A DNA stretch of 62,572 nucleotides, taken from a virus. The notes under the pieces were generated by a model. It ran no database searches, had not been told where the DNA came from, and saw nothing but the letters and a program-made list of their open reading frames with translations. This document shows positions 35,801-43,230 of this stretch, piece after piece. The number at the start of each line of letters is the position of its first letter. Within the stretch, counting starts at the first letter, position 1. Position numbers and translations under genes: made by a program. Where the stretch lies: the IMG/VR virus record IMGVR_UViG_3300033565_000049, positions 1 to 62,572 of that record; one strand, written 5' to 3'.

Positions 35801-36723
35801 GTGGTAATGTAAACTTTCGTTATGCCATTACTTTTCAGCGTATCACAAATCGTTTTATAGTCTGCTATAATTTGTGCGGCTGTTCTTCCATTGTTTACGT
35901 CATTGATGCCAACCATTAAAATACTCGTTTTGCAGTATTTTGCAAGGCTCATCCTTTTAGCGTTATAATATGGTAATGCGATATTGTTCGCTAGATCCTG
36001 ACCACAACCGGCAGAGCAATACGGTAAAGTATTGTGGAAGGCTAATTGCCACCATGGGGCAATTCCATCCCAGATATAACTTCCGACTTGTACTGTTGAT
36101 GTCGAGTCGCCAATCACGAATACGGCTGTTTTTTCTTTTACGAGTCCAACTACTGCATATATTGTAGGTATAGCAGCGTTATCGTATGCGGTCGGGATTA
36201 CGCCTGAAGCTGTTGAATTTCCGGCTATTTTACCTTCCCCGCCTAAATTAAAGTTTGGATAATTTATATTGCTAAACCCATCTAGCCCCTGACTTCCATT
36301 TCTGAATTTTGCGACTGAATTTATATCTGCATATGATCTGATCCAACATTGTTCCTTAGTTGGTATTTCAATCGGAATAGCAGGAAATAGTTTTATTCCA
36401 GTAGGTACGTTTTCAATTGCCGATTGGTGAATAGTTCCGCTGAAACGTTCTAGTGATGCCTGAACATTTATAGCTACGTCTGCGGCTTCAATGCCCTCAG
36501 ATTTGCCTATCCCCCCGTTTGTGGTAGATCTGATCCTACCCATGTTGACATGGACCAGCTGTGGATTTTTACAGGGATGAATTATAGTTTTCTTTCGATA
36601 CGTGTAATTAGTCCCGCCGCCTGTTGCAATATCAAGGCCGAAAGGAACAGACCCCAACTCCGAAACGATGCCATATTTCAGAACTGACCCTAGTTGAACC
36701 CTATTTAATCGTAGTCCAGGCAT
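32863..36723 (-). CDS. multidomain tail fibre/depolymerase: SGNH esterase, FN3-like, ConA-like and right-handed beta-helix domains
   Basis: SGNH blocks VFVIGDSTS, MVGINDV and TKDGTHYS. C-terminal half has pectate-lyase-like repeats after TGDTIYIHNGVYQE. Confidence 0.7.
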   Translation of the reverse strand: MPGLRLNRVQLGSVLKYGIVSELGSVPFGLDIATGGGTNYTYRKKTIIHPCKNPQLVHVNMGRIRSTTNGGIGKSEGIEAADVAINVQASLERFSGTIHQSAIENVPTGIKLFPAIPIEIPTKEQCWIRSYADINSVAKFRNGSQGLDGFSNINYPNFNLGGEGKIAGNSTASGVIPTAYDNAAIPTIYAVVGLVKEKTAVFVIGDSTSTVQVGSYIWDGIAPWWQLAFHNTLPYCSAGCGQDLANNIALPYYNAKRMSLAKYCKTSILMVGINDVNNGRTAAQIIADYKTICDTLKSNGITKVYITTISPMTTSTDGWQTLANQTLVAGIQTVRQSVNSQLRSGALDGYATVIDVAATTENATTGKWACDETLYFTGIPSSKTSHRFTFTGQAWSIDQFKGKMLYSVTQNVMALITSNTANTINTISSAIAATDTIRIINPMTKDGTHYSFNGDYLISGLVKTAYGINSALTPPDITLPTQTSITDTTATVGATLDCKGLSTTWSIEYGATTAYGSIQTGGITSENGAKTVGLTGLASDSQLHWRFKAVNSDGTTYSADQTLSMVGIPLSTDALFWLDGLISGNQLLDKSGNNRHFTITNKDFPSAWLAGVPYKSQATISAPVGDATLISADVNNFLYAAGGTPNQIPVTALFSDVNYAHKLFCRQYAQVVDVNGVETDPARVLDIVLYNTVKSDADLVHCNTYFGVNAKLTSNFRDVGVGKTYTTITAAMTAAATGDTIYIHNGVYQEASFISVSKQLKLVGVGLVQINGVTDRVISKSGATIYFDCEGITFNDGKTYGIAVTASGSVLNKFNRCTFTNLGTQFSYDSSNGYQFTNCIISSTGYINAQLKYIVLNSCIFKNVLTPTLTSDSTIVNSIVTCDAAATVSKNMFPLGDINFTFKGNRVVTRNNMIADANSTMAAAKNVDFKYNNVSILNVAGGTISYAPVNLTGYTTNKYIVNFTDNVISQVGQISINNLGYGLIVKDHQINVLRNVFTSESLLYFTEISKTFNSGTATNGADTISYNFIRSSSTSSTCISLGGELGLLNRCDNSVIVGNYVEAVNTQNAAGHGLLLSCGKNMTVKFNKVKNAYNGIVVKTGLMDTYTGNGLSYNLVSGAVSGIYVRGVRGLNVFNNTVTDCSFCLRIDQNLVQAGSQWSENVIAKNNILKNVLNANTLIGMDAHAAANGCLAENNQLYGGQYLLSDGTNYSDLATANAAGKLLNSVVADPSLSANLIPATPISGIDLSVAYNTGLDVLSTFGNVTTTPIIVTKGQPLVWQKGAFIQ

Positions 36724-36726
36724 GGC

Positions 36727-37026
36727 TTAATAGGATATTTGGATACTGGTTTTTGAATTTCCAACATCGTTAAAAATCTTTCGCAAGGGCATTGGGTATG
36801 GAACTCCGGCAGGGAAAGTCCAAACAACTGCTTCTCCATTCCATGGCTCAACTTTAAGGGTTGTTTCTTCTTTGGCGCAAACTACGAATGGTCGTTGAAT
36901 TTGCTGAGTCTGATTTCCTTTAAAGGTTTTGGCCACATAATCTTCGGAGGCCACGTTTGCAATCTCGGGGTAATTGAGTTGTAAAATTACCTGATCGTCG
37001 AAAGATCCTGCTATGTTAGTAATCAT
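36727..37026 (-). CDS. hypothetical tail-module protein
   Basis: 99-aa ORF. Confidence 0.55.
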   Translation of the reverse strand: MITNIAGSFDDQVILQLNYPEIANVASEDYVAKTFKGNQTQQIQRPFVVCAKEETTLKVEPWNGEAVVWTFPAGVPYPMPLRKIFNDVGNSKTSIQISY

Positions 37027-37057
37027 GATCGTAATTTTTAAGCGTGAATGAATGTGT

Positions 37058-37093
37058 TAAAAGTAATTCAGGGCGCTAGCGATTGAAAGGACA
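37058..37093 (-). promoter_or_regulatory. promoter-family member (TGTCCTTTc-N19-TACTTTTA)
   Basis: 31 nt upstream of the ATG at 37026. Preceded by the REP half-site CTGAGCCTGTCAAAG. Confidence 0.55.
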
Positions 37094-37120
37094 ACTTTGA
37101 CAGGCTCAGTTACCAAAAAA

Positions 37121-39946
37121 TCAATACAAAAACAGTTTTGTAAAGAATGCTGAAACATTTAGGTACGTCCATACAGCTTCAGGCGTATGCCAATCAGCAT
37201 TGTACTGGGCAATTTTGGTATAGCCCGAAGTGTCGCGAACTCCGATGTATGCGTATTTCGTTCCATCGAAACAGGCGCCTCCTGCATTCTTAATTCCTGA
37301 AGGGGTTATGTTGGCATTCGTTACTCCCGGATCGACCAGCCATATACATTCATTATCGTCGGCACACATCCATAGAAGTTTATCGCCTAATGTTGGCTGT
37401 ATTTGACGCACAGCCTGCCGCTTCGCCCCGGTTAATCCGCTGAAACGCGAATATGATGTTGGATTGCTCTTCGATGCATATAGTGAATCATCGTGTTCTT
37501 CGGCTGCCCAAATGCGGTTTGCTGTTTGAGCAATCTGAATCATCGAAGCGTTATATCCGGAATAGCCATCGATATCGGCCAGCTGGCTCCAAACGGTAGC
37601 GAAATTGTTTGTGCGGAATACTTCTCCTTCGCTTGTGGCAGCATAATAATAACCATTGAAGAACAGGAAGCTTCGTACATAACCGGTTCCATGATCGAAC
37701 GTTGCTGTTGCAACGGCTTCGCTACTCACATAATCGTCGAAATTGGCATGATAAGGCTGAGCATAGGCCGCGCTTACCTGGTTGGTGCCTTTACCGATCA
37801 TCAAAATTTTAGTAGTTCCGTTATCTACCAGGCTAACTCCACAAATTTCGTCGGTACCAACATAAATCTGTATGGTTTTATACCGGATATTATCCATATC
37901 TGACAAATCGGCTACATGCAACTGACCATTATTTCCACCAACAAAAAGCAATTTATCGGCAGCCGAATAATCAACACAGGTTTGAGCTGCAAATTCGAGG
38001 GTCGAGATGTCGCCAAATACCGGTATCGAACGGTATAATCCGGAAGCTGTAACCAGGATTGGCCACCCGGTTTCGGATATCCCGATAAATTTCGGTGTAA
38101 ATGTAGCTCCTACGTGCTGGCCACCTCCATCAACAATACCTGTTGAATTATCGAAAACATTATCCTCGTTCTTAAACACTGTAAGAGTAGCATCAATGTA
38201 TTCTGATTGGTCGCCCTGAACCTGCATTTCTTTGATGAAGAATGAGCCGTCTTTATCGCCAAATGGCTTGTATATTTCGTTCATCACTTTATAAAAAATA
38301 TTTCCCGGGAAACGAAAATCGGCTTCAGCAATTAAAGCATTGGCGTAAAACGGCGCGGTACGCCTCCACCGGTTAGCCAGCAGGCTTTTCCATTCGAGCG
38401 ATAAGCCGTTTGTGGCTGTCGCCCCTCCGGTATTGTTGCCGTTGTAAAACATCAGTCGCGGACTGAAATTTTCGGTGAATTGAGCAAACTGACGGTTATA
38501 GCCCTTTTGATAAGCAATAGGGTAACCGTTTTCGTGCATCCTGAGAGTAGAAAATTTGGTTTCAATATCCTCCGGATTATCGCCATTGCGGTTGTATTTA
38601 TAATTTTGAATATCAAGCGATATTGGCGCCCACATCAAAACTTCTTTTTGAGTTTCATCAACATCTTCGACTGATTCTTGTCTGTATTCATAATCCATCT
38701 TTTCAGATTTTACCAAACGAATTTCACCAATGGCTGGATTTTCAATAGTCGCTAAATCGGCATATTGATCAACTGATGGCTGACGGTCTTCTTCGCGTGA
38801 AGATAAATCAGTAAAGTTTTCAGAAAATTCCTGATCGTCGGAGTCGTGATTAAATTTAAAGTTCAGTATCAGGTTTTGACGCTCTACCGGAAGCCATTTG
38901 GTTACCCGATAATCTGATAAGTCGAAAGGAACCAAATCAAATAAACTTTCGCGGTCGATGTTATCCACATCGTCAACTCCTGAAAAATGATAAAATGAGT
39001 TTGTTTCGTTTTGAACGGATAACAATAGCTCGTTCAGCTTCATTTTAGGAATCAGCTTATTGATCCTGAAATTTCCGGTTGACCAAATTTGTGAGGCTAT
39101 CTGATAAACGTATGCAACTGTGCCGGCATAGCTGGTTTGTATGTGGTATTTGTCCATCAGGGTTGTTTCAATCGTCTGCGTAACCTGCTCGGGTTTGCAA
39201 ATCGAAACATTGTGATATAGGCACAAGGTTTTTAATATTTCGTCTGTGCCAATAAAATCATTACGCATGAAAAAATTATTTTCACGGAGTAGCAATTTAA
39301 CAAGCTTTGGCAAAAAAAGAAATGGACTAACGACAACAACCCCATTTTCATCGGATGTGGCTTTAACGCCAGCAACATCCGAAGCGTTCACCATAAATTC
39401 GGCAGTAGTTTCAAATTTTCTGGTCAATACTTCGCGGGTAGTTTTTTCGCCATCAGAATTGGTATAATCTTCAGTCTCACCTTTATCGACCCAAAAACCC
39501 GAATTATGTAGCCTAATTGTGCAATACCGATCAACGTCAGGATCGTAGTTTAATTTGTTTTCGAATGTAAGTTCTCCACCCAATTCGTGATCTGAAATGT
39601 ATTTTTCCAGTTGTGCATCGCTAAGTGTTCGCTGTTGACTTTGTATTACACCACTGTAAGCGCCATCAGATGGTTTCCCTAATACCAAGGTTCCGTGTAT
39701 CCACAACGAACCATTTTTACGCAACTCGGCGCCCGGAAATTTGCGGTCGTTACTCTTTGCCTTTTTCGAGAACCGTCCGGGAAACCCGAGAATATTCCGG
39801 TTAAGGTCATTATCGGGTATGGTGATATCTAAAGCCAACGGTCCCGGTATTTCGTCGAATTTCCAGCACGGATTGACATACACCATAGTAGGCGAAAAAT
39901 CTTCGTCGAGAATGAGCTGGCGCGAGTTGATGGTAAGTGTGAACAC
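37121..39946 (-). CDS. large tail/baseplate structural protein
   Basis: 941 aa within the tail module. Confidence 0.6.
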   Translation of the reverse strand: MFTLTINSRQLILDEDFSPTMVYVNPCWKFDEIPGPLALDITIPDNDLNRNILGFPGRFSKKAKSNDRKFPGAELRKNGSLWIHGTLVLGKPSDGAYSGVIQSQQRTLSDAQLEKYISDHELGGELTFENKLNYDPDVDRYCTIRLHNSGFWVDKGETEDYTNSDGEKTTREVLTRKFETTAEFMVNASDVAGVKATSDENGVVVVSPFLFLPKLVKLLLRENNFFMRNDFIGTDEILKTLCLYHNVSICKPEQVTQTIETTLMDKYHIQTSYAGTVAYVYQIASQIWSTGNFRINKLIPKMKLNELLLSVQNETNSFYHFSGVDDVDNIDRESLFDLVPFDLSDYRVTKWLPVERQNLILNFKFNHDSDDQEFSENFTDLSSREEDRQPSVDQYADLATIENPAIGEIRLVKSEKMDYEYRQESVEDVDETQKEVLMWAPISLDIQNYKYNRNGDNPEDIETKFSTLRMHENGYPIAYQKGYNRQFAQFTENFSPRLMFYNGNNTGGATATNGLSLEWKSLLANRWRRTAPFYANALIAEADFRFPGNIFYKVMNEIYKPFGDKDGSFFIKEMQVQGDQSEYIDATLTVFKNEDNVFDNSTGIVDGGGQHVGATFTPKFIGISETGWPILVTASGLYRSIPVFGDISTLEFAAQTCVDYSAADKLLFVGGNNGQLHVADLSDMDNIRYKTIQIYVGTDEICGVSLVDNGTTKILMIGKGTNQVSAAYAQPYHANFDDYVSSEAVATATFDHGTGYVRSFLFFNGYYYAATSEGEVFRTNNFATVWSQLADIDGYSGYNASMIQIAQTANRIWAAEEHDDSLYASKSNPTSYSRFSGLTGAKRQAVRQIQPTLGDKLLWMCADDNECIWLVDPGVTNANITPSGIKNAGGACFDGTKYAYIGVRDTSGYTKIAQYNADWHTPEAVWTYLNVSAFFTKLFLY

Positions 39947-39988
39947 GGAATGAAATTATAAGTTATGAATTATAAATTTTGAATAAGG

Positions 39989-40444
39989 CTATAGCAGCGT
40001 AAACGTCAATGCTTCGGCTGAAATTTTTGGCTGAATACCAGGTGCAATGGTTATATCGGCGTTCAATTGCTTAAATGCAATCCGATGCGCTTCTGTTGAT
40101 CCGGTATTGTTCATCCAAAGTTCTGCATAACGCGCATTTTCAGATCCTACCGTGCAGGCTCCAAACAAAAGTTCTGAGGCATTTTTAATTACATTTCCGG
40201 TATCCGAAAGCGCTACGTCGGTGCGTGCAATAGCAATGCCTTTAGCTGCATAACCGGTGTAGCTACATTCGGCGCCAATAGTATCCTTATCTGGAACTAC
40301 GGCATCGGTGCAAAGTCGAATGTAGAAACTTCCGGCAGCAGCCGATGGGAGTAACCCTACGGAGTCACCAATTCCGGCATGTGCGGCATTTTGAAAATAA
40401 TGTTTCAAAAGTAAATTTGCGAATGTTGATGATGCGTTTGACAT
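39989..40444 (-). CDS. tail-module structural protein (fibre-like)
   Basis: 151-aa ORF; N-terminal pattern NLLLKHYFQN...SFYIRLCT. Confidence 0.5.
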   Translation of the reverse strand: MSNASSTFANLLLKHYFQNAAHAGIGDSVGLLPSAAAGSFYIRLCTDAVVPDKDTIGAECSYTGYAAKGIAIARTDVALSDTGNVIKNASELLFGACTVGSENARYAELWMNNTGSTEAHRIAFKQLNADITIAPGIQPKISAEALTFTLL

Positions 40445-40455
40445 GATATGAAATT

Positions 40456-41853
40456 TTAAACTGTGATTATTGTTACTGAATTATTTGCTTGTAAGTATTG
40501 AATGTCTCCATCTGGATTTCCACCATTACATGTCATTAATACTGCTGGAATAGTAAGAGTTATTGTTTGCCCAGAAATATAAAAAAACATAAAATTGTAA
40601 TTTACAGAAGTACCCAGATTGAGACAATTGCGTAAGTTCAATGTAAGAACTGAATAGCACGTATAGAAACATTCATCCCCAATATTTTCGAGTAATGGAA
40701 AGTCAAAAACTGTTGTATTATAGCATCCATTAAAACATTGATTACCTGCTGACAATAATGAAGGAAGTCTAATTTCATTACTTAAATTTCCAGCAAAACA
40801 TAAATTTCCAGCCGAAGCAATACGTGGAAGATCTATATTAAATAAGTTTAATGTTCCAATAAAAACTGAATCTTGTGCAGCAATTATTGAACCTGAATCT
40901 ATAATTGAAATTAATTTATGGTTATTGGCAAACAGATTTGTTTTTAATATGATGTCGCTACCGCCAATCAAGCGAACTTCATTTCCAGAAACGACTACAG
41001 AAGTAAATGGATTTCCTTTTGTTGGAAGTTCAAAAAATGAATTCCAATCCGAAATATTTGCTGGATTTGTAACTGGTACATTTGCAATATTATCCCATGT
41101 CAAAATTAAATTCTCCGATACCGAACCCGAATCAATTAATTCTGCGCTGACATTCAATTCAAAACCAAACCCGGCTGAAATTTCCTTATTAGCTAATATT
41201 TTGGCATCAACATCTAGTTCCAACTCAAAATCAGCGGATATGTCGGTATAAGCTAAAGGTTTCGCGTTCATATCAAAATTGAAGTCAAAATCAGCGGATA
41301 CTTCAAAAGCCCTTTCGCTAAGTACACACCGTTCCATACAAAAGTGAATCCGTTTGGCATCTTCTGGCATGTTTTCAACTCTGGCATAAAGCTTATTTTT
41401 GCCTACACCAAGGATTAAGCTTATCGCATCGTCGGTTAATAAGTTATTTTGAATAAATGCCGGTACTGTATCGGAGTAATCGAAGCTTAAGAGGCTAATT
41501 AAGGTGACAATTGTATTTGTGGTTTTGTTTCTCACAGCCACCACGGCCTTAAATTCGCCCATTTGCTGGTTATATGGCAGTACCGACCAAGGAGAAACAA
41601 CCGTTTCAGACGTATTTATCGTGTTTTCGATTTGTGCAACATAGTGGTTATCGGCTTGTTTTGCACCAATTATTTGGCTGATTGACTGATAAATATTGGT
41701 GGTATTATTTACAATCTCGTTATTGATGATATTGATGATCTTGCCCTGATCGCTCCAAAGACGGCGAATGATTTCTGAAAGCTGCAATTGGGTGACAGGC
41801 TTATCTCTATCAACGCCTCTTATCGATTTTTTTAGCCGGTCAATTGCTTTCAT
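40456..41853 (-). CDS. receptor-binding/fibre protein with a BspA-type LRR C-terminus
   Basis: LRR_5-like repeats (IASAGNLCFAG, LLSAGNQCFNGC, IGDECFYTC). Three ISADFxFxLDVxAK repeats. Confidence 0.6.
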   Translation of the reverse strand: MKAIDRLKKSIRGVDRDKPVTQLQLSEIIRRLWSDQGKIINIINNEIVNNTTNIYQSISQIIGAKQADNHYVAQIENTINTSETVVSPWSVLPYNQQMGEFKAVVAVRNKTTNTIVTLISLLSFDYSDTVPAFIQNNLLTDDAISLILGVGKNKLYARVENMPEDAKRIHFCMERCVLSERAFEVSADFDFNFDMNAKPLAYTDISADFELELDVDAKILANKEISAGFGFELNVSAELIDSGSVSENLILTWDNIANVPVTNPANISDWNSFFELPTKGNPFTSVVVSGNEVRLIGGSDIILKTNLFANNHKLISIIDSGSIIAAQDSVFIGTLNLFNIDLPRIASAGNLCFAGNLSNEIRLPSLLSAGNQCFNGCYNTTVFDFPLLENIGDECFYTCYSVLTLNLRNCLNLGTSVNYNFMFFYISGQTITLTIPAVLMTCNGGNPDGDIQYLQANNSVTIITV

Positions 41854-41856
41854 TTC

Positions 41857-43089
41857 TTAGTAATGTGAGTTTTTATGTCCTTCGGTAAATACTAACTCCA
41901 GCTCGTCGTTAATGACCAGGTCGCGCATGGTGTCGGTGAGCAAGAAATCGCCATCTTCGAGGTTCACCGGTATGGTTTGCCCCTTCCAAACTATCCACAC
42001 GAATTTCGAATACAGGAGATCCTGCAAAGCTTCCATGTCTTCAACGGTCAACCGGTTGCCTGGGAATATCGACCATTTGCGAGATCCTGTTTTGCCGGTA
42101 ACCACCACACCACGGTTTTGGGTTGTAGCATCGCGTCCAAGCGTTTGAATACCGGTTTTGCTTTCGATGGGTAATCCGGTTTTAATGGCGCCGGTCATCC
42201 AGAAATCGTCGATACCCGATTTTGAATTACTGAAGAAAAAGAAAGTGTTATTTTCGTAGTATTTCGAGTCGAAAATAAACGTGCGTTTTTCGCCTACCTG
42301 CACACCTGCGGATGATTGGTAAACCGACATCTGGACCGCATCGGACGGAACGCCCCATTTGGCCGGATCGAGTATAAATTCGTATTCGCCATCCGGATCC
42401 AGAGTGATGTCTTCAGACAATACGGTCACTGCTCCGGTCGAATTGGTATATTCAACAATGAGCTGGCGCGATACCGGTTCAGTTTCAGGAATGATATACC
42501 ACAAACGAAGCGGCTGGTCGTAAGCTATTTTTTGATTGTTTGGCCTATTGGTCAAAAACTTATTTCCCTGGATAAAATCCTGGTAAAAATTCGTGCCTGC
42601 CTCGTTATACAACGATTTTTGATGCTGACTGATTCCGCCTTTCAGGATTCGGATAGGAACTGCATTCTCTTCGGCCTGCCATAGTTCAATTTTAGTTCCG
42701 AAAGTATTTGTTTCAGGAACATCCGGAGTATAGTGGGTGATGTCGTTATCGATATACGAGCAACCGGCCAGTAAGGAAAGATCGAAAGCCCTGAGTGGAT
42801 GTTTTACGGCAACGGCATCGCCGTATGGAAATGTGAAACTATACTTAACGGCAGCATCGAAATACTCCTGAAAATCGAAAATTGCTTTTCCGGATCCTTC
42901 GACAGGTGTATCGAGCGGAAGCCATTCTTTTGAGTCTGGCCACGGACCACCAGGAACAGCGCCATCGATGCTGATAACTTTTAAAAGTGCACGAGGCGAT
43001 TCGCCTTTGATATCGTCGTTGGTTACTTCAATTTCGACGCTATTGCCGGAGAGTTGAACGATGCCGCCGTATATGCTAAAGTTGATCAT
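41857..43089 (-). CDS. distal tail/baseplate protein (first gene after the tape measure)
   Basis: 410 aa; call is position-based. Confidence 0.55.
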   Translation of the reverse strand: MINFSIYGGIVQLSGNSVEIEVTNDDIKGESPRALLKVISIDGAVPGGPWPDSKEWLPLDTPVEGSGKAIFDFQEYFDAAVKYSFTFPYGDAVAVKHPLRAFDLSLLAGCSYIDNDITHYTPDVPETNTFGTKIELWQAEENAVPIRILKGGISQHQKSLYNEAGTNFYQDFIQGNKFLTNRPNNQKIAYDQPLRLWYIIPETEPVSRQLIVEYTNSTGAVTVLSEDITLDPDGEYEFILDPAKWGVPSDAVQMSVYQSSAGVQVGEKRTFIFDSKYYENNTFFFFSNSKSGIDDFWMTGAIKTGLPIESKTGIQTLGRDATTQNRGVVVTGKTGSRKWSIFPGNRLTVEDMEALQDLLYSKFVWIVWKGQTIPVNLEDGDFLLTDTMRDLVINDELELVFTEGHKNSHY

Positions 43090-43120
43090 ACTGAAGGATT
43101 GAATTACTGATTTACAGAAT

Positions 43121-43156
43121 CGAAGATAGGGCGCGGAGTATGGTTGAGAAAGGACA
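43121..43156 (-). promoter_or_regulatory. promoter-family member (TGTCCTTTc-N19-TATCTTCG)
   Basis: 31 nt upstream of the ATG at 43089. Confidence 0.55.
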
Positions 43157-43169
43157 GGTTTTAGTTATG

Positions 43170-43227
43170 CCTTCGACACGCTACGCTGCTCAGGCACCGC
43201 TCCCTGAGCAGCGCAGCGTGTCGAAGG
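43170..43227. repeat. REP-like hairpin (best copy): 25-nt arms CCTTCGACACGCTACGCTGCTCAGG / CCTGAGCAGCGCAGCGTGTCGAAGG
   Basis: 24/25 complementary arms with an 8-nt loop, 3 nt after the tape-measure stop. No T-run follows. Confidence 0.85.
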
Positions 43228-43230
43228 GAG

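Noticed and set aside
32863-43089. Diversity-generating retroelement acting on the fibre genes
   Set aside because: There is no reverse transcriptase ORF anywhere in the window, and I found no template/variable repeat pair.
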